Shown: in pieces, positions 24,471 to 37,320 of the stretch
How the letters are laid out: each line of letters opens with the position of its first letter
Numbering within the stretch: the first letter of the stretch is position 1
Origin: Mobula hypostoma
Lineage: Eukaryota
Reading direction: 5' to 3'
DNA length: 64,000 bases
NCBI RefSeq assembly: GCF_963921235.1
Contig: NC_086101.1
Coordinates: forward strand, 9,426,001 to 9,490,000
Notes under the pieces: model-generated
Told to the model about the DNA's origin: nothing
Database searches by the model: none
What the model saw: only the letters and a program-made list of their open reading frames with translations
Translations under genes and position numbers: made by a program

Positions 24471-25760
24471 GAGCCCAATGATCCAAAAATTTTATGCCCT
24501 GCCTCCTACACCAACTCCTTAGTCACATATTAAACTGTATAATCTTGCTTGTTCTGGCATCACCAGCACGTGGCACGGAGAGCAATCCTGAGATCACAAC
24601 CCTGGAGGTCCTGCCCTTTAACTCAGCACCTAACGCCTTGAACTCCCTTTGCAGAACCTCGTCACTCATCCTACCCATGTCAGTGGTACCAAAATGGAGC
24701 ACGACTTCTGGCTGTTCACCCTCACACTTAAGAATGCTGAGGACTCAATCCCACATATCCCAGACCCTGGCACCCGGGAGGCAACATCCCATCTGGGAAT
24801 CTCGTTCTCACCCACAGAGCCTCCTGTCCTTTTCCCCAACTAACAAATCCCTGTCACCACAGCATCTCTCTTCTCCCCCTTCCCTTCTGAGTCACAGAGG
24901 CAGACTCAGTACCAGGGACCTGAGCACTGTGACTTTCCTCTGTTAGGTCATCTCCCCTGGACAGTATCCTGTTGTTGGGGGGATGTCCACAGGGGTACTA
25001 TACACTGGCTCCCTCAACCCTTTCCCCTTCCTGACTGTCACCCAGTTTCCATGTCCTGCACCTTGTTATAATTACCTCCCTGTACGTCCTGTCTCTCATC
25101 CCTTCAGCCTCCAGAATGATCCGGAGTTCACTCAGTTCCAGCTACAACTCCTTAACGTGGTTTGTCAGAAGTTGCAGCTGGATGTACATCTCACAGTTGT
25201 AGTCCTCCGGGACACTGGAGGTCTCCCTGCCTTCCCACATCCCGCAAGAGGAGCATTTGTCTATCCTGCCTGGCATCTCTACCGTCCTGGCTGAGCAGAT
25301 GCAAAGAAGAGAAGGAAAAAAAATGTGCTTTTCTTTCCTTTGCTTTCTCTTAACCAGGTGGTGAGTTTGAGCCCCAGCCAACGCAATGTGTTGTGTCTTA
25401 ATCACACAGTGCTCTGCAACGACACTGGTGCCAAGCTGTATGAGTCCTAATGCCCTTCCCTTGGACAACATCGGTGTCGTGGAGAGGGGAGACTTGCAGC
25501 ATGGGCAACTGCTGGTCTTCCATACAACCTTGTCCAGGCCTGCGCCCTGGAGAGTGAAGACTTTCCAGGCGCAGATCCATGGTCTCGCAAGACTAACGGA
25601 TGCCTTTTATTTATTTTTTTCTCCGTGTGAAGCCTTGAAGAGCTGAAGCCTCAAGATCACCACTCTGACGATGTCCACTCAGACGATGGCTGCTGTGTTT
25701 GCCTGTCTTCCTTTAATTTGTTCTTCCTAATCAATCCCAGATGCCGATTGGTCACTGGTT
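24471..25760 (-). mobile_element. CR1 ORF1 and 5'UTR remnant, with an unclassified ~250-bp SINE-like insert (about 25355-25605)
   Basis: MPGRIDKCSSCGMWE..NCEMYIQLQLL (25142-25471); esterase remnants at 24480-24850. Confidence 0.65.
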
Positions 25761-27228
25761 ACCCTGCAGCTCCCTTAAAAAACTTCTCCCTCTCACTTTG
25801 CCTCTCTGCCCTCTGGTTTTGGACTCCCCTTTTATGGGAAAAAGACCGTGAGCCTACACCTTACACCTGCCCCTTATGATTTTATATACCTCGAAATGGG
25901 GTCACCCCTCAACATCCATCGCTCCAGGGAAATGTCCCCAGCTTATCCAGTATCTCCTTTTAACCCAAGCCCTCCAGCCATTGTTACAGTCTCCTGAAGC
26001 TTCCTGACCAGTGTAATGACATCTTCCCATAGTCGGGGAACCAGAAATGTCCACAATACTCCAAGTGTGGTCTATCATCAACATCAAAGGCCTTGGTGAA
26101 GTTCATGTGGACAATGTCTACCATCTTGTCCTGGTCAATCCTCTCTGTCACCTCTTCAACAAACTGGAATTTGTGAGCCGTGATTTTCCATGCACAACGC
26201 CATGCTGACTGTCCCTGATCTGTCCTTGTCTTTCCAAATGCAGCAGGCAGGATGCAGGGAGGATGTTTCCCCTGTCTGAGGAGTCGAGGGTCAGGGGTTA
26301 CTGTCTCAGGATGGGGTGGACCCTCAAAGGATGTTGTATCTGGAATTCTCTGCACCGGAGGCTGTGGGGTCTCAGTCTTTCAGTTAATCTAAAGTCACAG
26401 AGTCATTGTTGTACAGTCTTGAAATGGGCCTTCGGCCCGTCACCTCTGTTCTGACCTATTTAGGTCAGTCTCCTTCTGTGTCCTGTCCATTAAAGTGTCT
26501 GGCTGAGTGTCTCGGAAACACAGTGATTGTATCTGATTCCATCACCTCCTCTGGCAGCAAGTTCCAAAATCAACCACTCACTGTTCCAGTAAACTCACCT
26601 TTAAACTCCTTCCTCCTTCCTCAGACATGTGACCTCTTGTATTTCATCCCCCCTCCTGTGGGAAGAAGATTTCAACCATCTGCTCAATCTAACCCCTCGT
26701 TACCTTAAATGTTTCTGTCAGATCACCCCCCGCCACCAGTCCATTTACCTGCATCTTGCCTGTATCCTGCTAAACCTTCCCTGTCATCATTTCTCAACTC
26801 CTCTTCTGTGCCAGTTCCACGGGACCCTCAATTCCCCTGTGTTACAGAAGATGATCGACCTCATTTTCCACCACATTACAGAAGCAAGTGTGCTGCAGGT
26901 CCTAAAATGCAGAAAGGTCTATAAATCCCCAGGTCCTGATCAAGTGTATCCCAGGACATTGTGGGAAGCTCAGGAGGAAAGTGTGGAGCCCATTTTGGAG
27001 ATATGTGTGTCATCGATAGCTGTGGGTGAGGGGCCAGAAGACTGGAGGGAGACTAATGTTGAACATTTATTGAAGATCGGCTGTAGGGAAAAGCCGGGGA
27101 AGTACAGACCGGTGAGCCTAACGTCAGTGGAGGGTACATTAATGGAGGGGATTCTGAGAGACAGGATCTACATTCATTTGGAAAGGTGAGGACTAATCAG
27201 GGATACCCAGCTTGGCTTTCTGCATGGA

Positions 27229-27750
27229 CGGTACGGTAGCATAGTGGTTAGCACCACACTTTACAGTACCAGTGACCCGGGTTCATGTCCCGTCACTGCC
27301 TGTAAGGAGTTTGTACGTTCCCCATGACCACGTGGGTTTCTTCCAGGTGCTCCGGTTTCACAGTCCAAACCCGTACCGGTTGGCAGGTTAATTGGTCATT
27401 GCAACTTGTCCCATGGTCAGGCTCGGATTAAATCAGGAGTTTCTGGGAGATGGGGGTCATTGTAACTTGTCCCATGGTCAGGCTCGGATTAAATCAGGGG
27501 TTGCTGGGTGGTGGGGGTCATTGTAACTTGTCCCATGGTCAGGCCCGGATTAAATCAGGGGTTTCTGGGTGATGGGGGTCATTGTAACTTGTCCCATGGT
27601 CAGGCTCGGATTAAATCAGGGGTTTCTGGGTGGTGGGGGTCATTGTAACTTGTCTCATGGTCAGGCTCGGATTAAATCAGCGGTTTCTGGGTGGTGGGGG
27701 TCAAAGGGCCAGAAGGGCCTATTCCGTGCTGTATCTCAATAAATAAATTA
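27229..27750 (+). mobile_element. tRNA-derived V-SINE (HE1-like)
   Basis: Box A TAGCATAGTGG, box B GGGTTCATGTCC, V-domain GTGGGTTTCTTCCAGGTGCTCCGGTTTC, AATAAATAAA tail. Confidence 0.75.
27394..27698. repeat. Minisatellite, 5 x 61 bp, inside the SINE
   Basis: Unit GGTCATTGTAACTTGTCCCATGGTCAGGCTCGGATTAAATCAGGGGTTTCTGGGTGGTGGG starts at 27394, 27455, 27516, 27577 and 27638. Confidence 0.95.
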
Positions 27751-29450
27751 CAGCTGATGAAAGTGCAGTAGACATCGTCTCCATGGAGTTTAGCGAGGGA
27801 TTTGACAAGGTAGCAGAGAGTTAGATCAGATGGGATACAGTACGATCTGGAATAGGATACAGAATTGTCTGGGTGGAGTCCTGTGACCAGTGGTTGTGCT
27901 GCAGGGATCGGTGCTGGGTCCACTGTTTTTCATCATTCATATGAATGATTTGGAGAGAATGTAGGTGACGTGTTTAGTAGGTTTGTGAAGGACTCTAAAA
28001 TTGGTGGTTTCATGGACAGTGAAGAGGTTATTTATTTATTTAGATACAGTGTGAAACAGGCCGTCCCAGACCAATGACCTGCTCCACCCAGCAACCCAAC
28101 TATTTAAAACTAGCCTAATCACGGGGCAATGTACAATGACCATTTATCCTACAAACCGTTATCTCTTTGTACGAGCGTCACAGAGTGATGGAAACTAACA
28201 ACACAGGCCCTTCAGCCCACCTAGTCTATACCGAACCATTTAAACTACCTGCTCCCATCGACCTGCACATGGACCATCGTCCTCCAACTCCTACCATCCA
28301 TGTACCTGTCCAAACTTCTCCAAGATTACAATGAGATCTTGATTAATTGGGTCTCTGGACCATTGGATGGAAATTGATTTTAATTCAGAGATGAGGGTGT
28401 TGCATTTTGGAGGGTAAACCAGGACCAGATTACACAGGAATCAGTGGGGCCCTGGAGAGTGTTGTGGAACAGAGAGACCAGGAGGTGATTGCCTTCATCA
28501 GTCAGAATACTGAGTACAGGAGCTGGGACTTTACGTTAAGAGTGTACAAGACATTGGGAAGGCCACATTTGGAGCAGAGTAATACACACAAACTGCTGGA
28601 GGAAATCAGCAGATCAGGCAGCATCTATGGATATGAATAAACAGTCGATGTTTTGGGTCAAGGTTTTGTGCGTGTTGCTTTGGATTTCCAGCATCCGCAG
28701 ACTTTCTCGTCTTTATGATTTGGATCACTCTGTACAGTTCTGGTGATCTTTCTGCAGGAAGAATGTCATTAAACTGAGAGGGTATAGAACAGATTTACAA
28801 GTATGTTACTGGGACTGGAGGGTTTGGGTTATAAGGAGAGGCTGGATATTCTGGGTCGTTTTCCTGGAGCTCAGGAAGCTGCAAAGGAAATTGTAGAGGT
28901 GGGTAGAGTTACAATGATTTAAAAGACATCTGGACAGGCACATGGGTAGGAAAGGTTTGAAGGAATATTGAGCAAATAGAGGCAAATGGAACAAGTTCAT
29001 TAAAGTGAGTTGGTCAGCATGAATGAATTCTGCCTGACCTCCTCTTTAAATGCCTCCAGTGTTTACTCACTCCATCCTCATCTGGATCCAGTTGTTGCTC
29101 CTCTCCTTCCTCACACCCGTTTCCACTGCTATCTCCCGTCTTTCTTTCCAATCTTGAGGAAAGGTCTCGGCTTGAAATCTCCCTTAACACATGCTACTTG
29201 ACCCGCTGAGATCCTCCAGAATCTTGTGTGTTGATCAGGAAAAATCCGCTCTCCCTGTCGGGGAAAAACCTCGGGAAGATGCTGGTTGTCCATCCGCTGT
29301 GTTTGTGTAAAACCCCGGGAGAGGGTCCTGTCGGCCACCCGACTGAGCCTGAGGCCCAGCGGCCTCTCCCCCGGTCCGGTCCCGGGGCCGCGCTGCCCGA
29401 GTCTCCCCCCGATCCCCGGGGACTCTCTAATTCTCTGCTTCTCCCCCCAG

Positions 29451-29983
29451 TCTCTGTCACCCTGGATGTGGAAACGGCGCATCCGCTGCTCGAGGTGTCT
29501 GAGGATCGGAAGAGTGTGAGATACACCGGGACCCGGAGGAGTCTCCCTGACACCGGGAAGAGGTTCACAGTCTGGCGTTGTTTGCTGGGATCGGAGGGAT
29601 TCACATCGGGGAGACATTACTGGGAGGTGGAGGTGACGGGGAATCGGTGGTGGTGTCTGGGAGTCGCCGCAGAGTCTGTGAAGAGGAAGGGATCGGTCAG
29701 ACTGAGACCGGAGACCGGATTCTGGATCATCGGGCGGGTTGATGACGAGATGTGGGTTTACACCTCCCCTGAGTCCCGTCTCCCTGCCGGTCCCATCCCC
29801 GGGAGGGTGGGAGTTTATCTCAGTTACCAGTCCGGGACAGTTTCATTTTACAACGCGGAGACCAAGTCCCATCTCCACACCTTCACTGGGAATAAATTCA
29901 CGGGGAAACTTTATCCTTTATTCGGGACAGTATATCCAAACGAGCGGCTGAGAATCTGCTCTGGATCCGCTCCGGGTCTGTAA
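29451..29983 (+). CDS. Terminal PRY-SPRY (B30.2) exon of a TRIM E3-ligase-like gene (chondrichthyan A33/TRIM39-like expansion)
   Basis: VTLDVETAHP, LGSEGFTSGRHYWEVEV, WCLGVA, RVGVYLSY..GTVSFYN; acceptor ctctaattctctgcttctcccccc-AG at 29450; TAA stop at 29981-29983. Confidence 0.93.
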
Positions 29984-30047
29984 ACGGGTCGGGTCCGGGA
30001 CCGGCGTCAGGAGTAAGTCAGTGTAAATATAAATGTGCGAAGAGTGA

Positions 30048-30053
30048 AATAAA
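30048..30053 (+). terminator. Candidate polyadenylation signal of the TRIM gene
   Basis: AATAAA about 65 nt after the stop codon. Confidence 0.5.
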
Positions 30054-30289
30054 CACGATGTGAGAATTATCGATCCATTAATTTTAACTCGTTTACCGCA
30101 TCCGTCAACGGAACAGAAACACTGCGGATTCAGCAGCAGCCGCGGGCGGCGGGTCCTGAGCTCCCCGGCTCCCCCGGGTGCTAAAGTCCACCGGGACTGA
30201 CCGGGTAACTGGGACAAGTGGTGGTGGGGCTGACTGGGAGAGGGAGGTCACGGTGAATCTTGGTAACACGGGACATGTACTGTCGGTAA

Positions 30290-30715
30290 CACACGAAGCG
30301 GCGGGATCTCCCAGAGTGTCAGGTAACATCTGTGGAGGGAAATGGACAGGTGAGGGGTGGATCCAGGTGAGGGGTAATAGATGAGGGAGGGGTGGAGTTT
30401 GGAAATGTGTCAGAAACTGGGAGGTGAGAGGTGTCAGTGACAAAGGGCTGAAGATTTTGGAATCTGACAGGAGGGGAAAGTGGAGGCCGGAGTAAAGGGA
30501 GGGAGGTGGGGAGGAGTGTGTGGGTGATGGGGAACGGAGAGGGTGGGGGAGGGAGGGGAAAGAGATAGGGTGATGGGGCTGGTGGATCAGGAGGAGAGAG
30601 ACATTTACATAGCAAAAGTGACAGGGAACAGCTACCAAAAGTTTCAGAATTCGGTGTTGATGCTGTCAGGTTGACGATCACCCTGACGGGACATGGGGAG
30701 CTGTTCCTCTAATTT
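30290..30715 (-). mobile_element. Old Penelope 3' end/pLTR remnant
   Basis: Degenerate similarity to 1769-2250 (purine-rich tract, GIY-YIG C-terminal sequence). Confidence 0.5.
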
Positions 30716-31129
30716 ATGAGACAAATAGAGCCGGGATCTCTACGTTAAATCAGATATTCATTTTGGGACACAGTTTATACCCAGGAATGCAGGAAAAACA
30801 CAGAGACGTGGACATGATATTTTGGAGCCGGAAGTGTGGCAACACATGCAGGCTGATCCCAGCACAATCCTCGGGCAGACTGTGTTGGTCATTGACGCAA
30901 TGGAGAAATGTAAATGGTGATGTCCCCTGTGTGTATTTGTGTGTGGTGGAGACAGAGAGAGAGTCTGAGACTTGCTCCAGGCTCCCCAGGTAGATGCAGG
31001 GATGATGTTTCTGGTAACGTGAGTGTCAGGATGAGGAGGCACAGTGAGGGGACGACCATTCAGAGGTGAATAAATGTATTTACCCAGCTCATAATCTAAC
31101 AGGGCTCTGCACATTTACACATCAACTAT

Positions 31130-31640
31130 GTTGAGGAGAGATGTGGATAGTGTTTTGGATTCAGAGGTCGATCCAGATTCTCCTGAAGCCTTGAGCCCCG
31201 GTAACATTCCTGTGAATCTTGTCTGCACACATTCCAGCTGAATGTCATCCTTTCTACAGCTCGGTGACCAGAACTGCACCCAGTTCTCTGAGTGTGGTCT
31301 CACCAATGTCTTGTACAACTGTAACGTGACAAACCATCTCATGTACTTAATGCCCCGATCGATGAAGGCCAGCGTACCATACACCTTCTTCACTACACTG
31401 TCTACCTGTGTCTCTACTCTCAGGAACTATGTACTTGTTCCCCTGGGTATTTCTATTCTACAACACTCCCCAGGGCCCTGACATTCACTGTCTACATTCT
31501 GTCCTGGTTTTAACTTCCTGAAATGCATCACTTTGCACATTTCTGTGTTGAATTCTTTCTGCCATTCCTTTGCCCAGATTCCCAGTTGATTGAGGTCCTG
31601 TTGTAACTTTAGACAGACTTCATTGTCCAACACATGACCA
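31130..31640 (-). mobile_element. CR1 RT C-terminal fragment
   Basis: LYKTLVRPHSENWVQFWSP (31115-31393); WAKEWQKEFN. Confidence 0.75.
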
Positions 31641-31823
31641 GCCTCAGTTTCTGTGCCTGTTCCTGGGCTGTACTGTTCTATGTTCCCCGTTTAGAAGAAT
31701 GAGAGATCTCAGCGAAACACAAAACTCTTTCAGGGCTCAACAGACAGGATGCAGGGAGGACGTTTCCCCTGTCTGAGGAGTTGAGGGTCAGGGGTCACTG
31801 TCTCAGGATGGTGTGAACCCTCA

Positions 31824-32847
31824 GTGACTTCACTCGCTCCGGATCTTTTCAATGATTTCAAGTTCCCTGGCCCCGATCATCTTATTTTCACTATGGATGT
31901 CCAGTCCCCGTACACCTCCATCCACCAGCAGGAAGGCCTCAAAGCTCTCGGTTTCTTTCTGGACACCCGTCCCAAGCAGTTTCCTTCACCACCACTCTCC
32001 CCCATCTAGCGGAACTTGTCCTCACTCTCAATAATTTCTGTAATTTCCACCATCTCCAACAGGATCCCACCAGCAAGCACACCTTTCCCTCTCCCCCACT
32101 TTCTGCTTTCAGCAGGGATCACTCCCTACACGACTCCCTTATCCATTCATTCCATCCCACTGAACTCCCTCCTGGCACTTCCAGGTGAGGTGACACTTCA
32201 CCTGTGTGTCAGGTGGGGTCATAGACTGTGTTCGGTGCTCCTGGTGTGGCCTCCTGTATATCAGTGAGACCCGACATGGATTGGGAGTCTGCTTCACCAA
32301 GCACCAGAGAAAGCTGGATCCCAGTAGCCACCCATTTTAATTCCACTGCCTATTCCCATATGTCCATCGAGGGCCTCCTCTACTGTCACGATGAGGCCAC
32401 ACTCAGTTGGAGGAGCGATATTTCATATTCCGTCTGGGTAGCATCCAAGCTGATGGCATGAACATCGATTTATCGAACTTCCAGTAATGGCCACCCCTCC
32501 TTCACCATTCCCCGTGCCCTTTTCCCTCTCTCACTTTATCTCCTTGCCTGCCCATCGCCTCCCTCTGGTGCTCCTCCCACTTTTCTTCCACGGCCTTCTG
32601 TTCTCTCCTGTAGGACTCACCCTTCTCCAGTCCTGGATCTCTTTCACCCAATCACCTTCCCAGCTTCCGGTTTCACCGATCACCTCGTGTTCTCCCCCTG
32701 ACCCCCCCCCCACCTTTCAAATGTGATTCCTCACCTTTTTTCTCCAGTCCTGCTGAAGAGCTTTGGCCCGAAACGTCGACTGTACTTTTTCTCATAGATG
32801 CTGCCTGCCCTGCTGAGTTCCTCCAGTATTTTGTGTGTGTTGTTTGG
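31824..32847 (+). mobile_element. Decayed Penelope element (RT and GIY-YIG remnants, pLTR); last ~27 bp displaced to 34174-34200
   Basis: IFTMDVQSPYTSI RT motif; PVATHFNS; degenerate hammerhead at 32745-32782 (CUGCUGA core). Confidence 0.8.
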
Positions 32848-34173
32848 AATGAATTGAATTGACTTTATTTCTTATATCCTTCACATACATGAGGAGGAAA
32901 AATCTTTACCTCTCCATCTAAGTGTGCAATCATAGTAATTTATAATAAATAGAACAGTCAGTGTAACATAGAAATACACTCAAATCAGTGTGAGTTAATC
33001 AGTCTGATGGTCTGCTGGAAGAAGCTGTCTCGGAGCCTGCTGGTCCTGGCTTTTATGCTGCGGTACCGTTTCCCGGATTGTAGCAGCTGGAATAGATTGT
33101 GGTTGGGGTGACTTGGGTCCCCAATGAGCCTACGGGCCCTTTTTACACACCTGTCTTTGTAAATGTCCTGAATCATGGGAAGTTTCCAAGTACAGATATG
33201 CTGGGCTGTCGACACCACTCTCTGCAGAATCCTGCGATTAAGGGAGGTACAGTTCGCATACCAGTCAGGATGCTCTCAATTGTGCCCCTGTAGAAAGTAC
33301 TTAGGATCTGGGGACCCATACCGAACTTCCTCAACCGTCTGAGGTGAAAGAAGCGCTGTTGTGCCTTCTTCACCACACAGCTGGTGTGTACAGACCACGT
33401 GAGGTCCTCGGTGATGTGGATGCCGAAGAATTTGAAGCTGTTTACCCTCTCAAACCCAGATCCATTGATGTCAATAGGGGTTAGCCCGTCTCCATTCCTC
33501 CTGTAATCCACAACCAGCTCCTTTGTTTTTGCGACATTGAGGGAGAGGTTGTTTTCTTGACACCACTGTGTCAGAGAGATAACTTCTCCCCTGTAGGCCA
33601 CCTCGTTATTGTTTGAGATTAGGCCAATCAATGTAGTGCTGTCGGCAAATTTAATTAGCAGATTAGAGCTGTGGATGGCGACACAGCCCTGAGGAGCTCG
33701 TGTATTGAGAGTCAGAGGGGTGGGGGTGAAGGAGCCCACTCTTAACACCTGCTGGCGATCTGACAGGAAGTCCAGGATCCAGCTGCACAAGGCAGGGTCA
33801 AGGCCGAGGTCTCTGAGCTTCCTGTCGAGCCTGGAGGGAATTATGGTGTTGAATACTGTAGTCCAATAACAGCATTCTCACATAAGCATTCCTCTTCTCC
33901 AGATATGTAGGGATGGTATGTAGAGCAGTGGCTATTGCATCGTCTGTTGATCGGTTGTGTCAGTAGGCAAATTGTAGGGGGTCCAGTGTGGATGGCAGCT
34001 TGCTGCAGATGTAATCCTTGACCAGCCTCTCAAAGCATTTGCTTATTATTGAGGTGAGTGCAACAGGATGTCAGTCGTTCAGGCATGTTACCTTGGTCTT
34101 CTTTGGTACAGGGACAATGGAGGATAATTTGAAGCAGGAAGTTACTCTACACTGGGAGAGGGAGAGATTAACT
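32848..34173 (-). mobile_element. Rex1/Babar LINE fragment inserted in the Penelope tail
   Basis: WILDFL..APQGCV..KFADSTT..KKAQQR (33173-33790); (ATTCA)n tail; flanks rejoin as TTGG|ATTTCC. Confidence 0.82.
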
Positions 34174-34404
34174 ATTTCCGGCATCTGCAGATTTTCTCGT
34201 TAAAGTTTCACGGTGCAGGATCGCCACCTGCTGCTGGAAACCGGTACTGCAGGAAGAGCAGAAACACAATGCTGTAACTCGGCTGGAATGTGGGCATCGG
34301 TCGCAGGGCCAACATTTACTGCCCGCCGACTGCCCAAAAGAAAGTCGAAATGATGTACTTGTGGCCCACTCGTACACAGACAGATCGCTAAACAGAGGAA
34401 GGAA

Positions 34405-37320
34405 TCAGAATCAAATTAGGTTGATTATATTATCACCGGCTTGTGTTAGATTAGCAGCAGCAGTTCAATTCAATACATAATATAGAAGAACAAAAAATAA
34501 TAAGTAAATGAATAAGTAAATCAATTGCAGTATATGTATATTGAATAGATGAAAAATCATGCAAAAACAATTATATTAAAAAAGTGAGGTAGTGTTCACG
34601 GGGTCAATGTGCATTTAGGAATCGGATAGCAGAGGGGAAGAAGCTGTTTCTGAATCGCTGAGTCTGTGCCTCCTGCCTGATGGTAACAGTGAGAAAAGGG
34701 CATGCCCTGGGTGCTGGCCGTCCTCAATAAAAGACGCTGCCTTTCTGAGACACCGCTGCTTGAAGATGGCCAAGGTACTCTGTAGGTTACTACCCAAGAT
34801 GAAGCCGACTATATTTACGACCCTCTGCAGCTTCTTTTGGTCCTGTGCAGCAGCACCCCCCCCCCCGCATACCAGACAGTGATGCAGCCTGTCAGAATGC
34901 TCTCCACGTTACATCTAGAGAAGTTTTTGAGTATATTTGTTGACATATGAAATCTCTTCAAGCCCCTAATGAAGTATAGTCACTGTCTTGCCTTTGTAGC
35001 TGCATTGATATGTTGGGACCAGCTTAGGTCCTCAGAGATCTTGACACCCAGGAACTTGAAACTGCTTCCTCTCTCCAATTCTGATCCCACTACGAGGATT
35101 GGTATGTGTTCCTTCCTCTTACCCTTCCTGAAGTCCACAATCAGCTCTTTCATCTGACTGAATGACGTTGAGTGCAAGGTTGTTGCGACACCACTCCACT
35201 AGTTGGTATATCTTGCTCCTGTACGCCTTCTCGACTCCATCTGAGATTCTACAAACAATGGTTGTATCATCAGCAAATTTATAAATGCTGTTTGAGGTCT
35301 GCCTAGTCACACTGTCATTGGTATTGAAGAGTAGAGCAGTGGGCTAAGCACACATCCTGGAGTTGCATCAGTGTTGATCCTCAGTGAGGAGGAGATATTG
35401 TCACCGATCCGCACAGACTGTGATCTTCCAGCTGGGAAGTCGAGGATCCAAATGCAGAGGGAGGTACAGAGGTCCAGGTCACCGGCATACGTCATAACAT
35501 TTGTATCTTAGCGGCAGCAGTACAATGCAATACATGACAATATAGAAAAAAAAGATCTGTAACAGAGAGTATATATCTGTATTAAACAGTTAAATTAAAA
35601 TATTGCAAATGCAGAAGTAATATAGTAAAAACTGAGGTAATGTTCAATGTCCATTTAGGAATTGGATGGCAGAGGGGAAGAAATAGTTCGTGAATCGCCG
35701 AGTGTGTGCCTTCAGGATTCTGTACCTCCTTCCTGATGGTAACAAGGAGAAGAGGGCATGTCCTGGGTCTTGGGGGTCCTTTCTGAGGCACTGCTCCTTG
35801 GAGATATTTGAATACCATGGAGGCTAGTACTGAAGATGGAGCTGACTAATTTTACAAGTTTATGTAGCTTCTTTTGAACCTGTGCAGTCGCACCCCCCGC
35901 ACCTTCCCCAAACCAGACAGTGATGCCGCCTGTCAGAATGCTCTCCATGGTACATCTAGAGAAGTTCTCAACTGTTTTAGGTGACAAACCAAATCTCCTC
36001 AAACTCCTAATGAAAGATAGCTGCTGTTCTGGTTAGACCAGATTAGATCTTCAGAGATCTTGACAGCCAGGAACCTGAAATCACTCACTCTCTCCAGTTC
36101 TGATCCCTCTTTGAGGACCGGTTCATGTTCCCTCGTCTTACCCGTTCTGAAGTCCACAATCAGTTCTTTGGTCTCACTGGCGTTGAGTGCAAAGTTGTTG
36201 CTGTGACCCCACTCAACCAGCTGGAATATCTCGTTCCTGTTCGCCCTCTCGTCACCACCTGAGATTCTGCCAGCAATGGCTCTGTCATCAGCAAACGTAT
36301 AGATGGCATTTGAGCTACACCCAGTCACACAGAGAAAGTAGAGCTGTGGGAACAGCACATATCCCTGTTCTGTGCCAGCATTGATCGTCAGCGAGGTGGA
36401 GATATTATTACCAATCAGCACATATTGTGGTCCTCCAGTTTGGAAGTCAATGATCCAGATGCAGAGGGAGATACAGAGACTCAGGTTCCGTAGCGTATTG
36501 ATCAGGGCTGTAGGAATGATGATGACTGAGCTACAGTCAATGGTCAGCATCCTGACGTAGGTATTTCTATTGTCCAGGTGACCCAAGACCATGTGAAGAA
36601 CCATTGAGATCGTGTCTACTGTTGACCTATTGTGGCGATAGGCAAATTGCAGTGGGCCCAGGTCCTTGCTGAGGCAGGAGATGCATCTAGCCAGCATTTT
36701 GTGTGTTGCTCTGGATTTCAGCATTTGCAGCCTGTCGTGTCTCCAGACTGTCTCGGTGCCTTGTCCACACGACAATAAATTCAGCATGACTTCACTTGAT
36801 CTTACTTCACTTCGAGGACACCCCTCTCACATCCTCCCAGTCTTTTTGCACAGCCAAAATCCCTCACTGCCACAGATGTACTGCAGGGAGCATTCAGTCT
36901 GGGTACATACTGACTGTGTGGAAGTACCATTGCACAGGATCGGAAACCATTACAAAGGTTTGAAAACTCAGCCGGCTCCATCATGGGCACTAGCCTCCCC
37001 GCCATTATGGATATCGTCAAATGAGGCTGCCTCAGGAGTGTGGAGTCCATCATTAAAATCCTCGCCATCCAGGACAAGTCCACTGATGCCGTCAGGGAAA
37101 GGTACAGGAGCCTGAAGACACACTTGATGTTTTCAGAACACTTTATTCTTTGTGCCATCAGATTTCTGAATGGACCATCAACAGTCTCACTGTTCTGCAC
37201 CACATATTTATTTCCTTATTGTAACGTACAGTAAAATTATTTACTGCACTCTCCTGCTGCCACAGAACAATAAATTTCACAATATAAGTCAGTGACAATA
37301 AACCTGATTGTGATTCTAAT
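34405..37320. mobile_element. Cluster of Rex1/Babar LINE fragments (mostly minus strand; + strand piece at about 36790-37320)
   Basis: PLQFAYRHNRST, IYKFADDTT and KELIVDFR motifs in ORFs 34980-36787. Confidence 0.75.

Larger units (their letters stand above)
25780..29030. mobile_element. Old CR1 fragments in mixed orientation
   Basis: KSPGPDQVYPR..YRPVSLTSV (26629-27189) and further degenerate RT/3' end pieces. Confidence 0.6.

Noticed and set aside
27229..27300. tRNA gene
   Set aside because: Has box A/B but no cloverleaf, and continues into a V-SINE body
27394..27698. CRISPR-like array
   Set aside because: Head-to-tail units with no unique spacers, inside a eukaryotic SINE
29228..29450. 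N-terminal 74 codons of the 251-aa ORF as real protein
   Set aside because: Non-ATG start; lies upstream of a strong splice acceptor at 29450; low-complexity GC-rich intron
35999..36787. 262-aa ORF as a host gene
   Set aside because: Degenerate Rex1 RT with a chimeric N-terminus from adjacent repeats
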